Made by a program: the position numbers and the translations under genes. From an uncultured Chloroflexia bacterium (GTDB taxonomy: Bacteria; Chloroflexota; Limnocylindria; Limnocylindrales; CSP1-4), in assembly GCA_963752475.1 (NCBI GenBank), contig CAVVYR010000006.1, forward strand, positions 512,001 to 576,000: 64,000 nucleotides of DNA. The letters are read 5' to 3'. The first letter of the stretch is position 1. Each line of letters begins with the position of its first letter. The notes under the pieces were generated by a model. The model was not told the DNA's origin. It searched no databases and was given only the letters and a program-made list of their open reading frames with translations. Below, piece by piece: positions 9,644-18,030 of this stretch.

Positions 9644-10279
9644 ATGGACAAGCGCACCTTCTTCGACATCATGGGTACCGCGCCCGCGACGGTCACCGTC
9701 GTGACCACCGTCGACGCCGACGGCCAGCCCCGCGGTTTGACCGTCGGTGCCGTGGCCAGCGTGTCAGCCGAGCCGCCGTCGCTGCTCATCAGCCTCGACC
9801 GGCGATCGCGCTCGTTGCAGCTGCTGCTGGCGGCGGGTCGCTTCGCGGTCAACTACCTGCGCGGTGACCGGGCAGAGCTCTCACGCCGCTTCTCCATGCC
9901 GATCGACGACCGGTTCGCCGGGATCGAGTGGCGCCCTGGCTCTACGGGTATGCCGATCCTGTACGAGGACAGCCTTTCGTGGCTTGAATGCCGCATCGAA
10001 CAGGTCGTCGAGGCCGGTGACCACGTCGTGCTCATCGCCGCGGTGGAGGATGGACGAACGCCAACGCCCGGCTCACGTCCGCTGATGTACTTCCGGCATC
10101 ACTACGAGGCCTGGCCCGGCAACGTCGACGACCCGCAGGCTACGGCTCCGAAGCAGGGCTCGGCTCCGAAGCAGGGCTCGGCTGCGCCCGCGCCGACGGC
10201 TCCGCCGACGGAGACGGGGCTCCCGAGGCAGACGGGCTCGGTGCCTTCGACGCGGAGGACTTCTTCGAGCCAGTCTTGA
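9644..10279 (+). CDS. Flavin reductase-like protein (HpaC/RutF family)
   Basis: VTVVTT, SVSAEPP, FAVNYL and AGDHVV motifs. The C-terminal tail overlaps the convergent LCP gene. Confidence 0.85.
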   Translation: MDKRTFFDIMGTAPATVTVVTTVDADGQPRGLTVGAVASVSAEPPSLLISLDRRSRSLQLLLAAGRFAVNYLRGDRAELSRRFSMPIDDRFAGIEWRPGSTGMPILYEDSLSWLECRIEQVVEAGDHVVLIAAVEDGRTPTPGSRPLMYFRHHYEAWPGNVDDPQATAPKQGSAPKQGSAAPAPTAPPTETGLPRQTGSVPSTRRTSSSQS

Positions 10280-11711
10280 AGACGTTCTTCACGGCCTTGC
10301 GGATCCTGGACAGGTTGGGCTTGATGTCGTAGTCGGCCTGGGTCACCCCATAGCCCTTGAGCGGTGAGAGCACCAGCGACCGGGGCTTGCGCGTATCGAG
10401 CTCGGTCGCGAGCAGCACCAGCTGCGGCAGCATCCTGGCTGGGATGTTGGTGGTCACGTACTCGTCGAACTGCGTGCGCAGCTCACCGATGACGCCCGGC
10501 TCGAGCATGGCCTCGAGGTCGACCTGATCCCTGAACGACTCGACCAGGTACTGCTGCCGGGCGGATCGGTCGAAGTCCGAGGTCGACTTGCGCGAGCGGG
10601 CGTACGCCAGCGACTCCTGACCATTCATCTTCTGGATGCCCGGTGGGACGTAGAGCTTGAGCTTGCCGCGTCCGTCGGCGGCGGCGTAGGCCGCATCGAA
10701 GAGCGGCACCTGCACGTCCACGACCACACCGCCCAAGGCGTTCACCGCTCCTCGGAAGGACTTGAGGTCGACGGCCACGTAGTGCCGGATGTCGAGCTTG
10801 TAGAGCTCCGACAGCGCGCCCATGAGCGCCCGGTAGCCACGGTCCTTGTCGTTGCCGGGGAAGAGGTCGTCACGCAGCCGCGCGGTGATGTAGAGCGTGT
10901 TGATTCGGCCGGCGTAGGCATCGCCGAAGACGGAGCGGGCCTTGCGGAAATCGGCGGTCCGTGGAAGCGGCACGTCGACGGTGTCGCGTGGCAGGGAGAT
11001 GAAGGCCATGCGACCCGAGGCCGGATCGATGCTCACGACCATCATCGTGTCGGTCAGGTAGGTCCGCTCGCCGGGCCGGCCGCTGTCGAGACCCACGAGC
11101 AGGATGTCGAGCCGCTCGTCGGAGTCCCAGGGCTCGACCGTGGGGGAGGGAGTGTCGCCAGGTTCAGGGCTGGCAGCGAGGGCGTCGGGAGCCGCGGTGG
11201 CCGAGACGATGTCTCGCAGGTCCGGCGGGAGCTCGCTGATGTCCGGGATGGCGCTGGTGTCGCCGCCGCCATCGAAGGCGTCGAGCACGTCCTGGGCGTA
11301 GCGCACCGGCATGGCGGTCGCGACGTGGCTGCCCAGGATCACGACCACGATGAGGGCGACACCGACGGCCGAGGCCGTGCGCGTGATGCCCGTCCCGATG
11401 AGCGGGTCGCGCGCGAGGCGCCAGGCGTCGAGCACCGCAGCCAGTCGGTAGAGAGCATCGAGGGCGATGAGCAGGAGCGCCGCGGTGAGGACGTCCGGAT
11501 CGACGAACGATGCCAGGGTCTCCTTGACCCCGGTCGTGGTGATGTAGCCGAGGCTCGCGACCAAGGCAAGGATGGGGAGCGCCATCCAGAGAAGGGCTCG
11601 AAGCCAGCGTCGCAGGTAGACATGGCCCAGGCCGGGCAGCAGGAACGAAAGGAAGGCGGCCGTAAACGCGCTCCTCACCGGCGCGAGTGCGGCCCTTCCT
11701 TCACTGGTCAT
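10140..11711 (-). CDS. LCP (LytR-CpsA-Psr) family protein with N-terminal TM segments
   Basis: ILLVGLD, TDTMM, SLPRD and LAYARSR...DFDRSARQQ motifs. Confidence 0.9.
   Translation of the reverse strand: MTSEGRAALAPVRSAFTAAFLSFLLPGLGHVYLRRWLRALLWMALPILALVASLGYITTTGVKETLASFVDPDVLTAALLLIALDALYRLAAVLDAWRLARDPLIGTGITRTASAVGVALIVVVILGSHVATAMPVRYAQDVLDAFDGGGDTSAIPDISELPPDLRDIVSATAAPDALAASPEPGDTPSPTVEPWDSDERLDILLVGLDSGRPGERTYLTDTMMVVSIDPASGRMAFISLPRDTVDVPLPRTADFRKARSVFGDAYAGRINTLYITARLRDDLFPGNDKDRGYRALMGALSELYKLDIRHYVAVDLKSFRGAVNALGGVVVDVQVPLFDAAYAAADGRGKLKLYVPPGIQKMNGQESLAYARSRKSTSDFDRSARQQYLVESFRDQVDLEAMLEPGVIGELRTQFDEYVTTNIPARMLPQLVLLATELDTRKPRSLVLSPLKGYGVTQADYDIKPNLSRIRKAVKNVFKTGSKKSSASKAPSPSASGAPSPSAEPSARAQPSPASEPSPASEP
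10143..10183. repeat. 18-bp tandem repeat (2.3 copies)
   Basis: cggctccgaagcagggct twice, then cggct; encodes PSPASE repeats in the LCP tail. Confidence 0.85.
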
Positions 11712-12063
11712 GCGGCAGCGGCACCCCTCTCGACGACTCGTGCACCACGGCAGCGCACGCCCCAAGCCTGCAACCTCTCGGCCGCCGAATCAAGCCCCGC
11801 CGGTGTCTCGAAGACCAAGACTCCTTCACATCGTGAACGACGCTCTCGGGCAGCCGCCGATCAGGCACGCGAGTGACGGCCGCAAGCACGGGGATGAGGC
11901 CGATCGCCGGTCCGCTGTGGCTGCCTCGCCGAGAGTGTTGCGAGCGGCCGATCGGTTGGCTCGGTGGTGTGGCCCCAGGCGTGTGGACCAGGGCGTCCGC
12001 TCACCGTCATCCTGGCCATGATCCCTTGTCCTCGCGTCGGCGTGGCGCCACTACACTCAGGTC

Positions 12064-12441
12064 ATGACTGGTGAACGACTCGCTCGGGTGACGCTCGCGC
12101 TCGACGCGGGCTATTGCGCGGTGATGGGGCTGCTCGTCATCGTCTTCCGTGCCCGCATCGCCGGACTGGTCCGCCTGCCGGGCGTGGCCATCGGCGCCCT
12201 CGGCGCAGCCATCATCGGGTGGGCCTATGTGGTTCTAGGGCAGGCGGTGCGCCTCGACTGGCGCCGCGGTATCAAGCAGACGCTGACTGCCAACGTGGCG
12301 GCAGCATCGCTCCTCGCGCTCGGCGCCGCCCTCCATCCGGGTCGAGGTGCGAGTGCGCTGATGGCTTTCGTGTCCCTCGACGCCATCTCGATGGCTATGG
12401 CCCAGGCTTTCTCGCTCACCCGACGGCGCGGCAGGGAGTAG
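12064..12441 (+). CDS. Small four-TM hypothetical membrane protein
   Basis: 125 aa, hydrophobic; TACACT 6 nt before the ATG. Confidence 0.7.
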   Translation: MTGERLARVTLALDAGYCAVMGLLVIVFRARIAGLVRLPGVAIGALGAAIIGWAYVVLGQAVRLDWRRGIKQTLTANVAAASLLALGAALHPGRGASALMAFVSLDAISMAMAQAFSLTRRRGRE

Positions 12442-12697
12442 CGCTCAGGTCGCACGGCTCGAGAGGGCCATGAGCGGAGGCAAGAGGCGTGCAGATGGCC
12501 AGCCGTCGCTGGAGCCGACCGTAGTCTCACTCGTAGTCAGCCGTTCCAGGCCACGAGGACGGTGGCCGGCCGGCGACGAGCGTGAGTGGGCATATTCCCG
12601 GCGCGGATGCCTCGATTCGGGCGACAAGAGTCGTCCCACGTTGGACTTGCGTCGGCAGGAGCGACGCGTGGCTATCGCTCGAGCTTCGAGCGGCCGC

Positions 12698-12766
12698 TAG
12701 CGTCGGTGCCGGCGACGATCGGCCATGAGCCAGGCTCCAACAGCCGATAGCGTCGGTGCAGGCGAC
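12698..12766. repeat. 19-bp direct repeat with 50-bp period
   Basis: tagcgtcggtgc(c/a)ggcgac at 12698-12716 and 12748-12766. Confidence 0.7.
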
Positions 12767-12918
12767 CTTGATCCAAGGACGAGTCGTGCTGTGTCTGGGC
12801 GATCGGCCGTGTCGTGCAGCTGGACTAGACCGATGACCTTCACGGCCGATGGGGCGGCCGGCCACCTCATCGGCGGCGATGCGCCCGCCGCGCCATGGCA
12901 CCGGAACCGCTGGGCCGT

Positions 12919-12948
12919 TTGACCGCGCGCGAGAGCGTCACCTACACT
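12919..12948 (+). promoter_or_regulatory. Promoter of rpsU (TTGACC-N18-TACACT)
   Basis: Hexamers at 12919-12924 and 12943-12948. Confidence 0.65.
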
Positions 12949-13055
12949 CTATCTCGGCCTCACCGTGCACTTCACGTCGCGCGGGGCTCCCCGTCGGTCC
13001 TGGTCCCGACGGTCGAGTGCGGCCTGATACCGACCAGCGGGAGGTGATTTCCTAG

Positions 13056-13235
13056 TTGGCAGAAGTCCGAGTCGGTGAGAACGAGACCTTCGAGGCAGCA
13101 CTGCGACGCTTCAACAAGAAGATCCAGCAGAGCGGCATCCTCGCGGAGGCCCGTCGACGCGAGCATTTCGAGAAGCCCAGCGTGAAGCGTAAGCGCAAGG
13201 AAGCGAAGCGCAAGAAGGCTGCGCGCGGCGAATAG
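13056..13235 (+). CDS. rpsU: 30S ribosomal protein S21 (59 aa; not in the ORF track)
   Basis: TTG start after GGAGGTG; translates as [59 protein letters not shown]. Confidence 0.95.
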   Translation: MAEVRVGENETFEAALRRFNKKIQQSGILAEARRREHFEKPSVKRKRKEAKRKKAARGE

Positions 13236-13303
13236 CCCGCCCCCAGAGATTCCCAACAAGGTCCCCGAGCCCCCTCCACCTGCCCTATGAGAGGAGGTCC
13301 GCC

Positions 13304-13765
13304 GTGAGCCTTACCGAACAGCTCCAGGCTGACATGAAGAACGCCATGCGTGATGGCGACGCGCACCGACGCGACACGTTGCGCATGGCGCTCGCTGCTG
13401 TCCAGAACGCGGCCAAGGACAAGCGCGAAGATCTGACCGACGAGGAGGCCCTGGTTGTCCTCACCAAGCAGGTCAAGACGCGCCGCGAATCGATCTCCGC
13501 CTACACCGATGCCGGTCGCGACGACCTGGCGGCCAAGGAGCAGGCCGAGATCGAGGTGCTCCAGCCCTACCTGCCCGAGCAGATGGGCGAGGCTGAGGTT
13601 CGCGCCCTCGTGGCCGAGGCCATCGCCTCGACCGGCGCCAGTTCGCCCAAGGACATGGGTCGTGTCATGGGTGCACTCATGCCCCAGACCAAGGGTCGTG
13701 CCGACGGCAAGCTGGTGAGCGGAATCGTCAGGGAAGAACTAGCCAAGGCGGCTCCGGCCTCCTAG
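13304..13765 (+). CDS. yqeY: GatB/YqeY domain protein
   Basis: YLPEQM and KDMGRVMG...GRADG motifs; follows rpsU. Confidence 0.92.
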   Translation: MSLTEQLQADMKNAMRDGDAHRRDTLRMALAAVQNAAKDKREDLTDEEALVVLTKQVKTRRESISAYTDAGRDDLAAKEQAEIEVLQPYLPEQMGEAEVRALVAEAIASTGASSPKDMGRVMGALMPQTKGRADGKLVSGIVREELAKAAPAS

Positions 13766-13774
13766 GCTTCGCTC

Positions 13775-15271
13775 ATGCTGGCACGACGGGGGAGCCAGAT
13801 CCTCGCATTCACCAGGCGCGACGCTGTGCGCCTGGGGTTCCTCTCTACGCTCCTCGTGGCCGGACTCACGCTGGTCCTGGCCTTCAACGACCTGCGCTCC
13901 ATGTCGGGAGCCGACGACTATCTGGTGGTCTTCGGCTGGCTGTTGCTGTCCATCGTGGTGGTGACCACCCTCATGGCCTGGATGTGGCGTTTCCGCTCGC
14001 GCCTGTGGCACCGCAACAACGCCATGTTGCTGCTGGCGCTGGCCTTGCTCACGGCCACCACCCTGCTGGTCATCACCGGCGACGGCACGATCACGCCCTA
14101 TCTCGTGCCCACGTTCGCGGTCGGGCTCCTGCTCTCGGTGCTGCTCGACTCGGGCGTGGCCAGCATGGCTACGGCCATGGTCGCCGTGATGGCCGGCGTC
14201 ATCACCGGCTCCATGGACCTCGCCGCCTACACCTTCCTCGGTGGTCTCGTGGGCACCATCGTCATCGGCCGCGGCGAGCGTCTCTCGCAGTTCGTGCAAG
14301 CCGGCGCCGCCATCACGGCCGCCAACATCGCCGTCGTCACCGCCTTCACCATCATCATGGGTGGTCGGGACCTCGAGCTCTACCTCCAATTGCTCGCGGC
14401 CTCGGCCATCTCGGCCTTCGGTGCCGCCATCCTCTCGGCTGGTACGTTCGCCGTTCTCGGCAGTGTCTTCGGCATCACCACGTCCTATCAGTTGCTCGAG
14501 TTGGCCAACCCCACGCAGCCGCTCCTGCGGCGTCTGCTGCTGGAGGCTCCGGGCACGTACCACCACTCGCTGATGGTGGGCAACCTCGCGGAGCAGGCCG
14601 CGGAAGCTATCGGCGCCGATGCCCTCGTCACCCGTGTCGCGGCCTACTACCACGACATCGGCAAGCTCTACGATCCGGTCGTCTTCATCGAGAATCAGGC
14701 CGGCGGCGAGAACGTGCACGACGAGCTGCCGCCCGAGGAGTCGGCCGCGATGATCGTGGGCCACGTGGCACGCGGCATCGACATCGCCTACCAGTACAAG
14801 CTGCCCAAGGCGCTCATCGGCTACATCCCGCAGCACCACGGCACCGCGCTCATGGGCTACTTCTACGCCAAGGCCCGCCAGATCGCGGCCGAGGAGGCGG
14901 GGGCACCGCTGACGTCGGCAGCCGGCAAGGAGGCCGCCGACAAGGTCGATCCGCGCCGCTTCCGCCACGCCGGACCCAAACCTCAGACGCGCGAGGCCGC
15001 CATCCTCATGCTGGCCGACAGCGTGGAGGCCTCGGTCCGCTCACTGGCCAGCCATGACGAACCCGCCATTCGAGCGATGGTCAGCCAGATCATCAGCGAT
15101 CGCCTCATCGACGGCCAGTTCGACGAGTGCGACCTGACGCTGCGTGACCTCGATCGCATCCGTGAGTCGTTCATCGAGCAGCTGCTGGCCATGTACCACC
15201 GTCGCATCGCCTACCCCACGAACAAGATCGTCGAGCTCGAGTCACGACGAACGGAGCGCAAGGGCGCTTGA
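13775..15271 (+). CDS. 7TM-HD phosphohydrolase (PgpH/YqfF-like cyclic-dinucleotide phosphodiesterase)
   Basis: APGTYHHS, YHDIGK, QHHGT, GPKPQTREAAILMLAD and RIAYP motifs; upstream of ybeY. Confidence 0.88.
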   Translation: MLARRGSQILAFTRRDAVRLGFLSTLLVAGLTLVLAFNDLRSMSGADDYLVVFGWLLLSIVVVTTLMAWMWRFRSRLWHRNNAMLLLALALLTATTLLVITGDGTITPYLVPTFAVGLLLSVLLDSGVASMATAMVAVMAGVITGSMDLAAYTFLGGLVGTIVIGRGERLSQFVQAGAAITAANIAVVTAFTIIMGGRDLELYLQLLAASAISAFGAAILSAGTFAVLGSVFGITTSYQLLELANPTQPLLRRLLLEAPGTYHHSLMVGNLAEQAAEAIGADALVTRVAAYYHDIGKLYDPVVFIENQAGGENVHDELPPEESAAMIVGHVARGIDIAYQYKLPKALIGYIPQHHGTALMGYFYAKARQIAAEEAGAPLTSAAGKEAADKVDPRRFRHAGPKPQTREAAILMLADSVEASVRSLASHDEPAIRAMVSQIISDRLIDGQFDECDLTLRDLDRIRESFIEQLLAMYHRRIAYPTNKIVELESRRTERKGA

Positions 15272-15822
15272 GCGGAGCCGAGGGTCGCGCGGCGGTGTCC
15301 GTGGAGGTCGTGGTCCGCGAAGGCGTGCCCGAGCTGCTATCCATCGAGGAGTGCCAGCAGGTGCTGGCCGCCGCGGTGGCGGCCGCCGGTGCGCCCGAGG
15401 GTAGCTTGATCACGCTCACGCTCGCCGATGATGGCCAGCTGGCCGCCCTCAATGCCGAGCATATGGGCAATGAAGGACCAACCGACGTGCTCAGCTTCCC
15501 GCTGTTGCCGCCGTCCGCCTTTCCTGAGCACGCCGGGCAGGACCCGGCCGTGCGTGGGGCCGTCGATGCCTTCCCGATCCTGCCGGGCGAGCCCGTGAAC
15601 CTGGGTGACATCGTCGTCTCCGTGGAGCGCGCCATCGACCAGGCCGAGGGCGGCGCCGGAGGCCAGACCAGCGACCTGCGCTGGGACCCGTCCGACGAAC
15701 TGCGCCTGCTCATCACGCATGGCGGGCTGCACATCTGTGGTTGGGATCATGGAGAGCCAGAGGAGGAAGCAGCCATGCGTGCCCTAGAGCGGCAGTTGCT
15801 GCGGATCGAGCGGGACGGCTGA
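15268..15822 (+). CDS. ybeY: rRNA maturation endoribonuclease YbeY
   Basis: PTDVLSFP, LGDIV and HGGLHICGWDH metal motif. Confidence 0.93.
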   Translation: MSGAEGRAAVSVEVVVREGVPELLSIEECQQVLAAAVAAAGAPEGSLITLTLADDGQLAALNAEHMGNEGPTDVLSFPLLPPSAFPEHAGQDPAVRGAVDAFPILPGEPVNLGDIVVSVERAIDQAEGGAGGQTSDLRWDPSDELRLLITHGGLHICGWDHGEPEEEAAMRALERQLLRIERDG

Positions 15823-15853
15823 CTACCAGTCCCGCTCGGGTGCCGTGGCTCGG

Positions 15854-15976
15854 CTAGTCGTCGTCGTGCCAACGGTGCTGACGCCACCAGCCGACCCAGA
15901 GGCCGGAAGCGACCACACCGCCGATGAGCAGGACGAACATGGCGACTGCGGCCAACAGGTACGTGAACCAGTCCAT
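15854..15976 (-). CDS. Unannotated 40-aa single-TM small protein
   Basis: GGAGGTG RBS 4 nt before ATG; MDWFTYLLAAVAMFVLLIGGVVASGLWVGWWRQHRWHDDD. Confidence 0.65.
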   Translation of the reverse strand: MDWFTYLLAAVAMFVLLIGGVVASGLWVGWWRQHRWHDDD

Positions 15977-16029
15977 GACGCACCTCCACGGACAAGCGTC
16001 TCACCACGATGCCGCGAGGACAAGGGCGG

Positions 16030-16272
16030 AAGTGCCCGACCGCCTGGGCGGCCAGATGGCACCCGGGGCTCAGGCACGCGAGTGCAAGTCCCGTCGACCC
16101 TGGCCCTCATCCCGTGGAGACCGGGCGGACGCTCGAGCCGGCCGCGGGGGGCTTCTCGAGCGTCGGGCCTTCCCTGAGGGGCTCAGATCGTGCTGCGAAG
16201 CGTCGAAGAGTGTCCGTGGGATGGACCGACGCTGGTCAGGGTCGGATCGGACCGACTCGAGCGTCCGGGCAG
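16030..16272. repeat. Nested imperfect intergenic palindrome
   Basis: Arms 16095-16105/16234-16244 and 16128-16137/16155-16164; shares a 15-mer (16070-16084) with 11861-11875. Confidence 0.5.
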
Positions 16273-16459
16273 TCTGGGGAGGATGACCGGCGCCCGAGCC
16301 TGAGCCCATCTTCCACCGATCCCGGGGAGTCGTCAGGCCTCGAGTCGTGAGCCGACGGCCATGAGCGCGGTCGCCAACAGCGCCAGCGCCAGATAGGGGC
16401 CGGAGGGACCCGCTCGTGCCGAGCAGGGCCAGGCTCGAGCCGTGCCCTAGCATGGCCAC

Positions 16460-17635
16460 ATGCTTCGACCGACCGCTCTCGCCACCCTCTTCACCCTCGG
16501 CCTCACCGGGGCCGTCAGCGCCAGTGATGACTGTGTCGTTCCAGACGCGGGTGAGCCCGCGTCGAGGCTCGCCCGGACCGATCACAGCGTCACCGGCAAC
16601 CGCATCGTCGGCGGCTGCGGCCCGCTCCGTGGCGACACGCTCGACGTCGCGCTCGGTGGCACGCCTGCCTGGGTGCTGCCCGATCCCAGCGACCGGGGCG
16701 GTTCCTGGTTCGTCGTCCTCGATGACGGCACCGTCGACCACGTCATCGACGACGGCAGCGGTGCGGCCTACGTCAGCGAGAGCCAGTCACCGCCGCTGGC
16801 GCCCGGCCATCCCCCACTGGCCTTCGCCGCGGGTGAGGACGAGGTCGTCGTCGGCTCCGCGCTCGGTGCTACGGCCTGGTTTGCCGACCCCTTGCCCGAT
16901 GCGCGCGTGACCGAGATCCCCGGTGCGGCGCTGGTCGCTCCCGTCGGTCCGACCGATCGCTATGCCCACGGCGTGCTCGGCGACGAGCTGGAGGGTTCCG
17001 CCGTCGAGGTGCGCGATCAGGCCGGACCGCTGGCGCGAGTCGCGGTCGGCACCGACGAGGTCCTGGAGGGGACGTCGGCGATGGTCGTGGAGCTGGTACC
17101 GAACGACCTCGGCCACGAACTGCTCGTCACCGTCAGCGATGCCGACGACGGCGCCCGGCTGCGCGCCTACGCGCTCGATGGCTCGGTCGTGGCAGAGTCT
17201 GAGCCCATCGGCCAGAGCAACCGCTGGCTGCATCAGATCGGCGCCGGCGCGCTCGCCCCTGACGGCGAGCTCGAGATCATCGCCGTGCGCACGCCGCACA
17301 TCGGCGGCATCGTGGAGGCCTATCGTGTCGTCGAGGATCACCTCGAGCTCGTGGCCTCGACCGGGGGATACAGCTCCCACCAGCTGGGTTCGGACAACCT
17401 CGACATGGCCCTGCTCGCCGATGCCGACGGCGATGGGCGCCTCGACGTGGTCGTGCCCACGCAGGCGATGGACGAGATCGCCCTTCTCGCCCGCACGGAC
17501 GACGGCTTCGAGGAGCTCGACCGGCTGACGCTCGACGGCCGGCTGCTGACCAACGTGGCTGCCACGCCCGCCGCGGACGGTGGCTTGGTCCTCGCCGTCG
17601 GCACCGACGATGGGAAGCTGCGCATCTTCCGCTAG
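16460..17635 (+). CDS. Secreted protein with FG-GAP/VCBS-like Ca-binding motifs
   Basis: Signal peptide, very acidic, RYAHGVLGD and DADGDGRLD motifs. Confidence 0.7.
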   Translation: MLRPTALATLFTLGLTGAVSASDDCVVPDAGEPASRLARTDHSVTGNRIVGGCGPLRGDTLDVALGGTPAWVLPDPSDRGGSWFVVLDDGTVDHVIDDGSGAAYVSESQSPPLAPGHPPLAFAAGEDEVVVGSALGATAWFADPLPDARVTEIPGAALVAPVGPTDRYAHGVLGDELEGSAVEVRDQAGPLARVAVGTDEVLEGTSAMVVELVPNDLGHELLVTVSDADDGARLRAYALDGSVVAESEPIGQSNRWLHQIGAGALAPDGELEIIAVRTPHIGGIVEAYRVVEDHLELVASTGGYSSHQLGSDNLDMALLADADGDGRLDVVVPTQAMDEIALLARTDDGFEELDRLTLDGRLLTNVAATPAADGGLVLAVGTDDGKLRIFR

Positions 17636-17943
17636 CGCCTTCGTCGGTCGCCGACGTGTCGGCCGACAGCTCCGTGGACCTGTCGGCCCATGATGGCTGC
17701 ATCCGCCATCCCCTGATGGCTGAACTCGACGTCGGTTGACGCCGAACTGCTCCATCTCAGCCTCCAGCAGGCTCGGAGCGCCAACCTCGGTCCCCACCGG
17801 GCTGAGACCGCGCACTCCTGGCCCCGGGCTGGTCGAGTCCAGCCAGCAGGGGATGGCCGAGGCACGGCACCGAGTCGCCGAGGCACGGCACCGAGTCGCC
17901 GAGGCCGACGAGCTCACTGAGCGGTCCGGCATCTTCCGCTAGC
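17622..17943. repeat. Palindromic element copy B flanked by a 15-bp direct repeat, with an internal 21-bp tandem repeat
   Basis: gcatcttccgctagc at 17622-17636 and 17929-17943; arms 17705-17730/17832-17857 (24/26); gccgaggcacggcaccgagtc twice at 17856-17897. Confidence 0.75.
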
Positions 17944-18030
17944 CTCGAGCGAGTACCATCACTCACCTGCGCCGCGCGCCTGGGATCGGGTCGCGGCCGC
18001 TGCGCATGCCCACGACATGAAAGGACGCGC

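Noticed and set aside
12698-12766. Possible mini CRISPR array
   Set aside because: Only two 19-bp repeats, shorter than CRISPR repeats, and no cas genes.
17736-17942. 68-aa ORF ending in IFR like the upstream gene
   Set aside because: A by-product of the 15-bp duplication and tandem repeat; TTG start with no SD.
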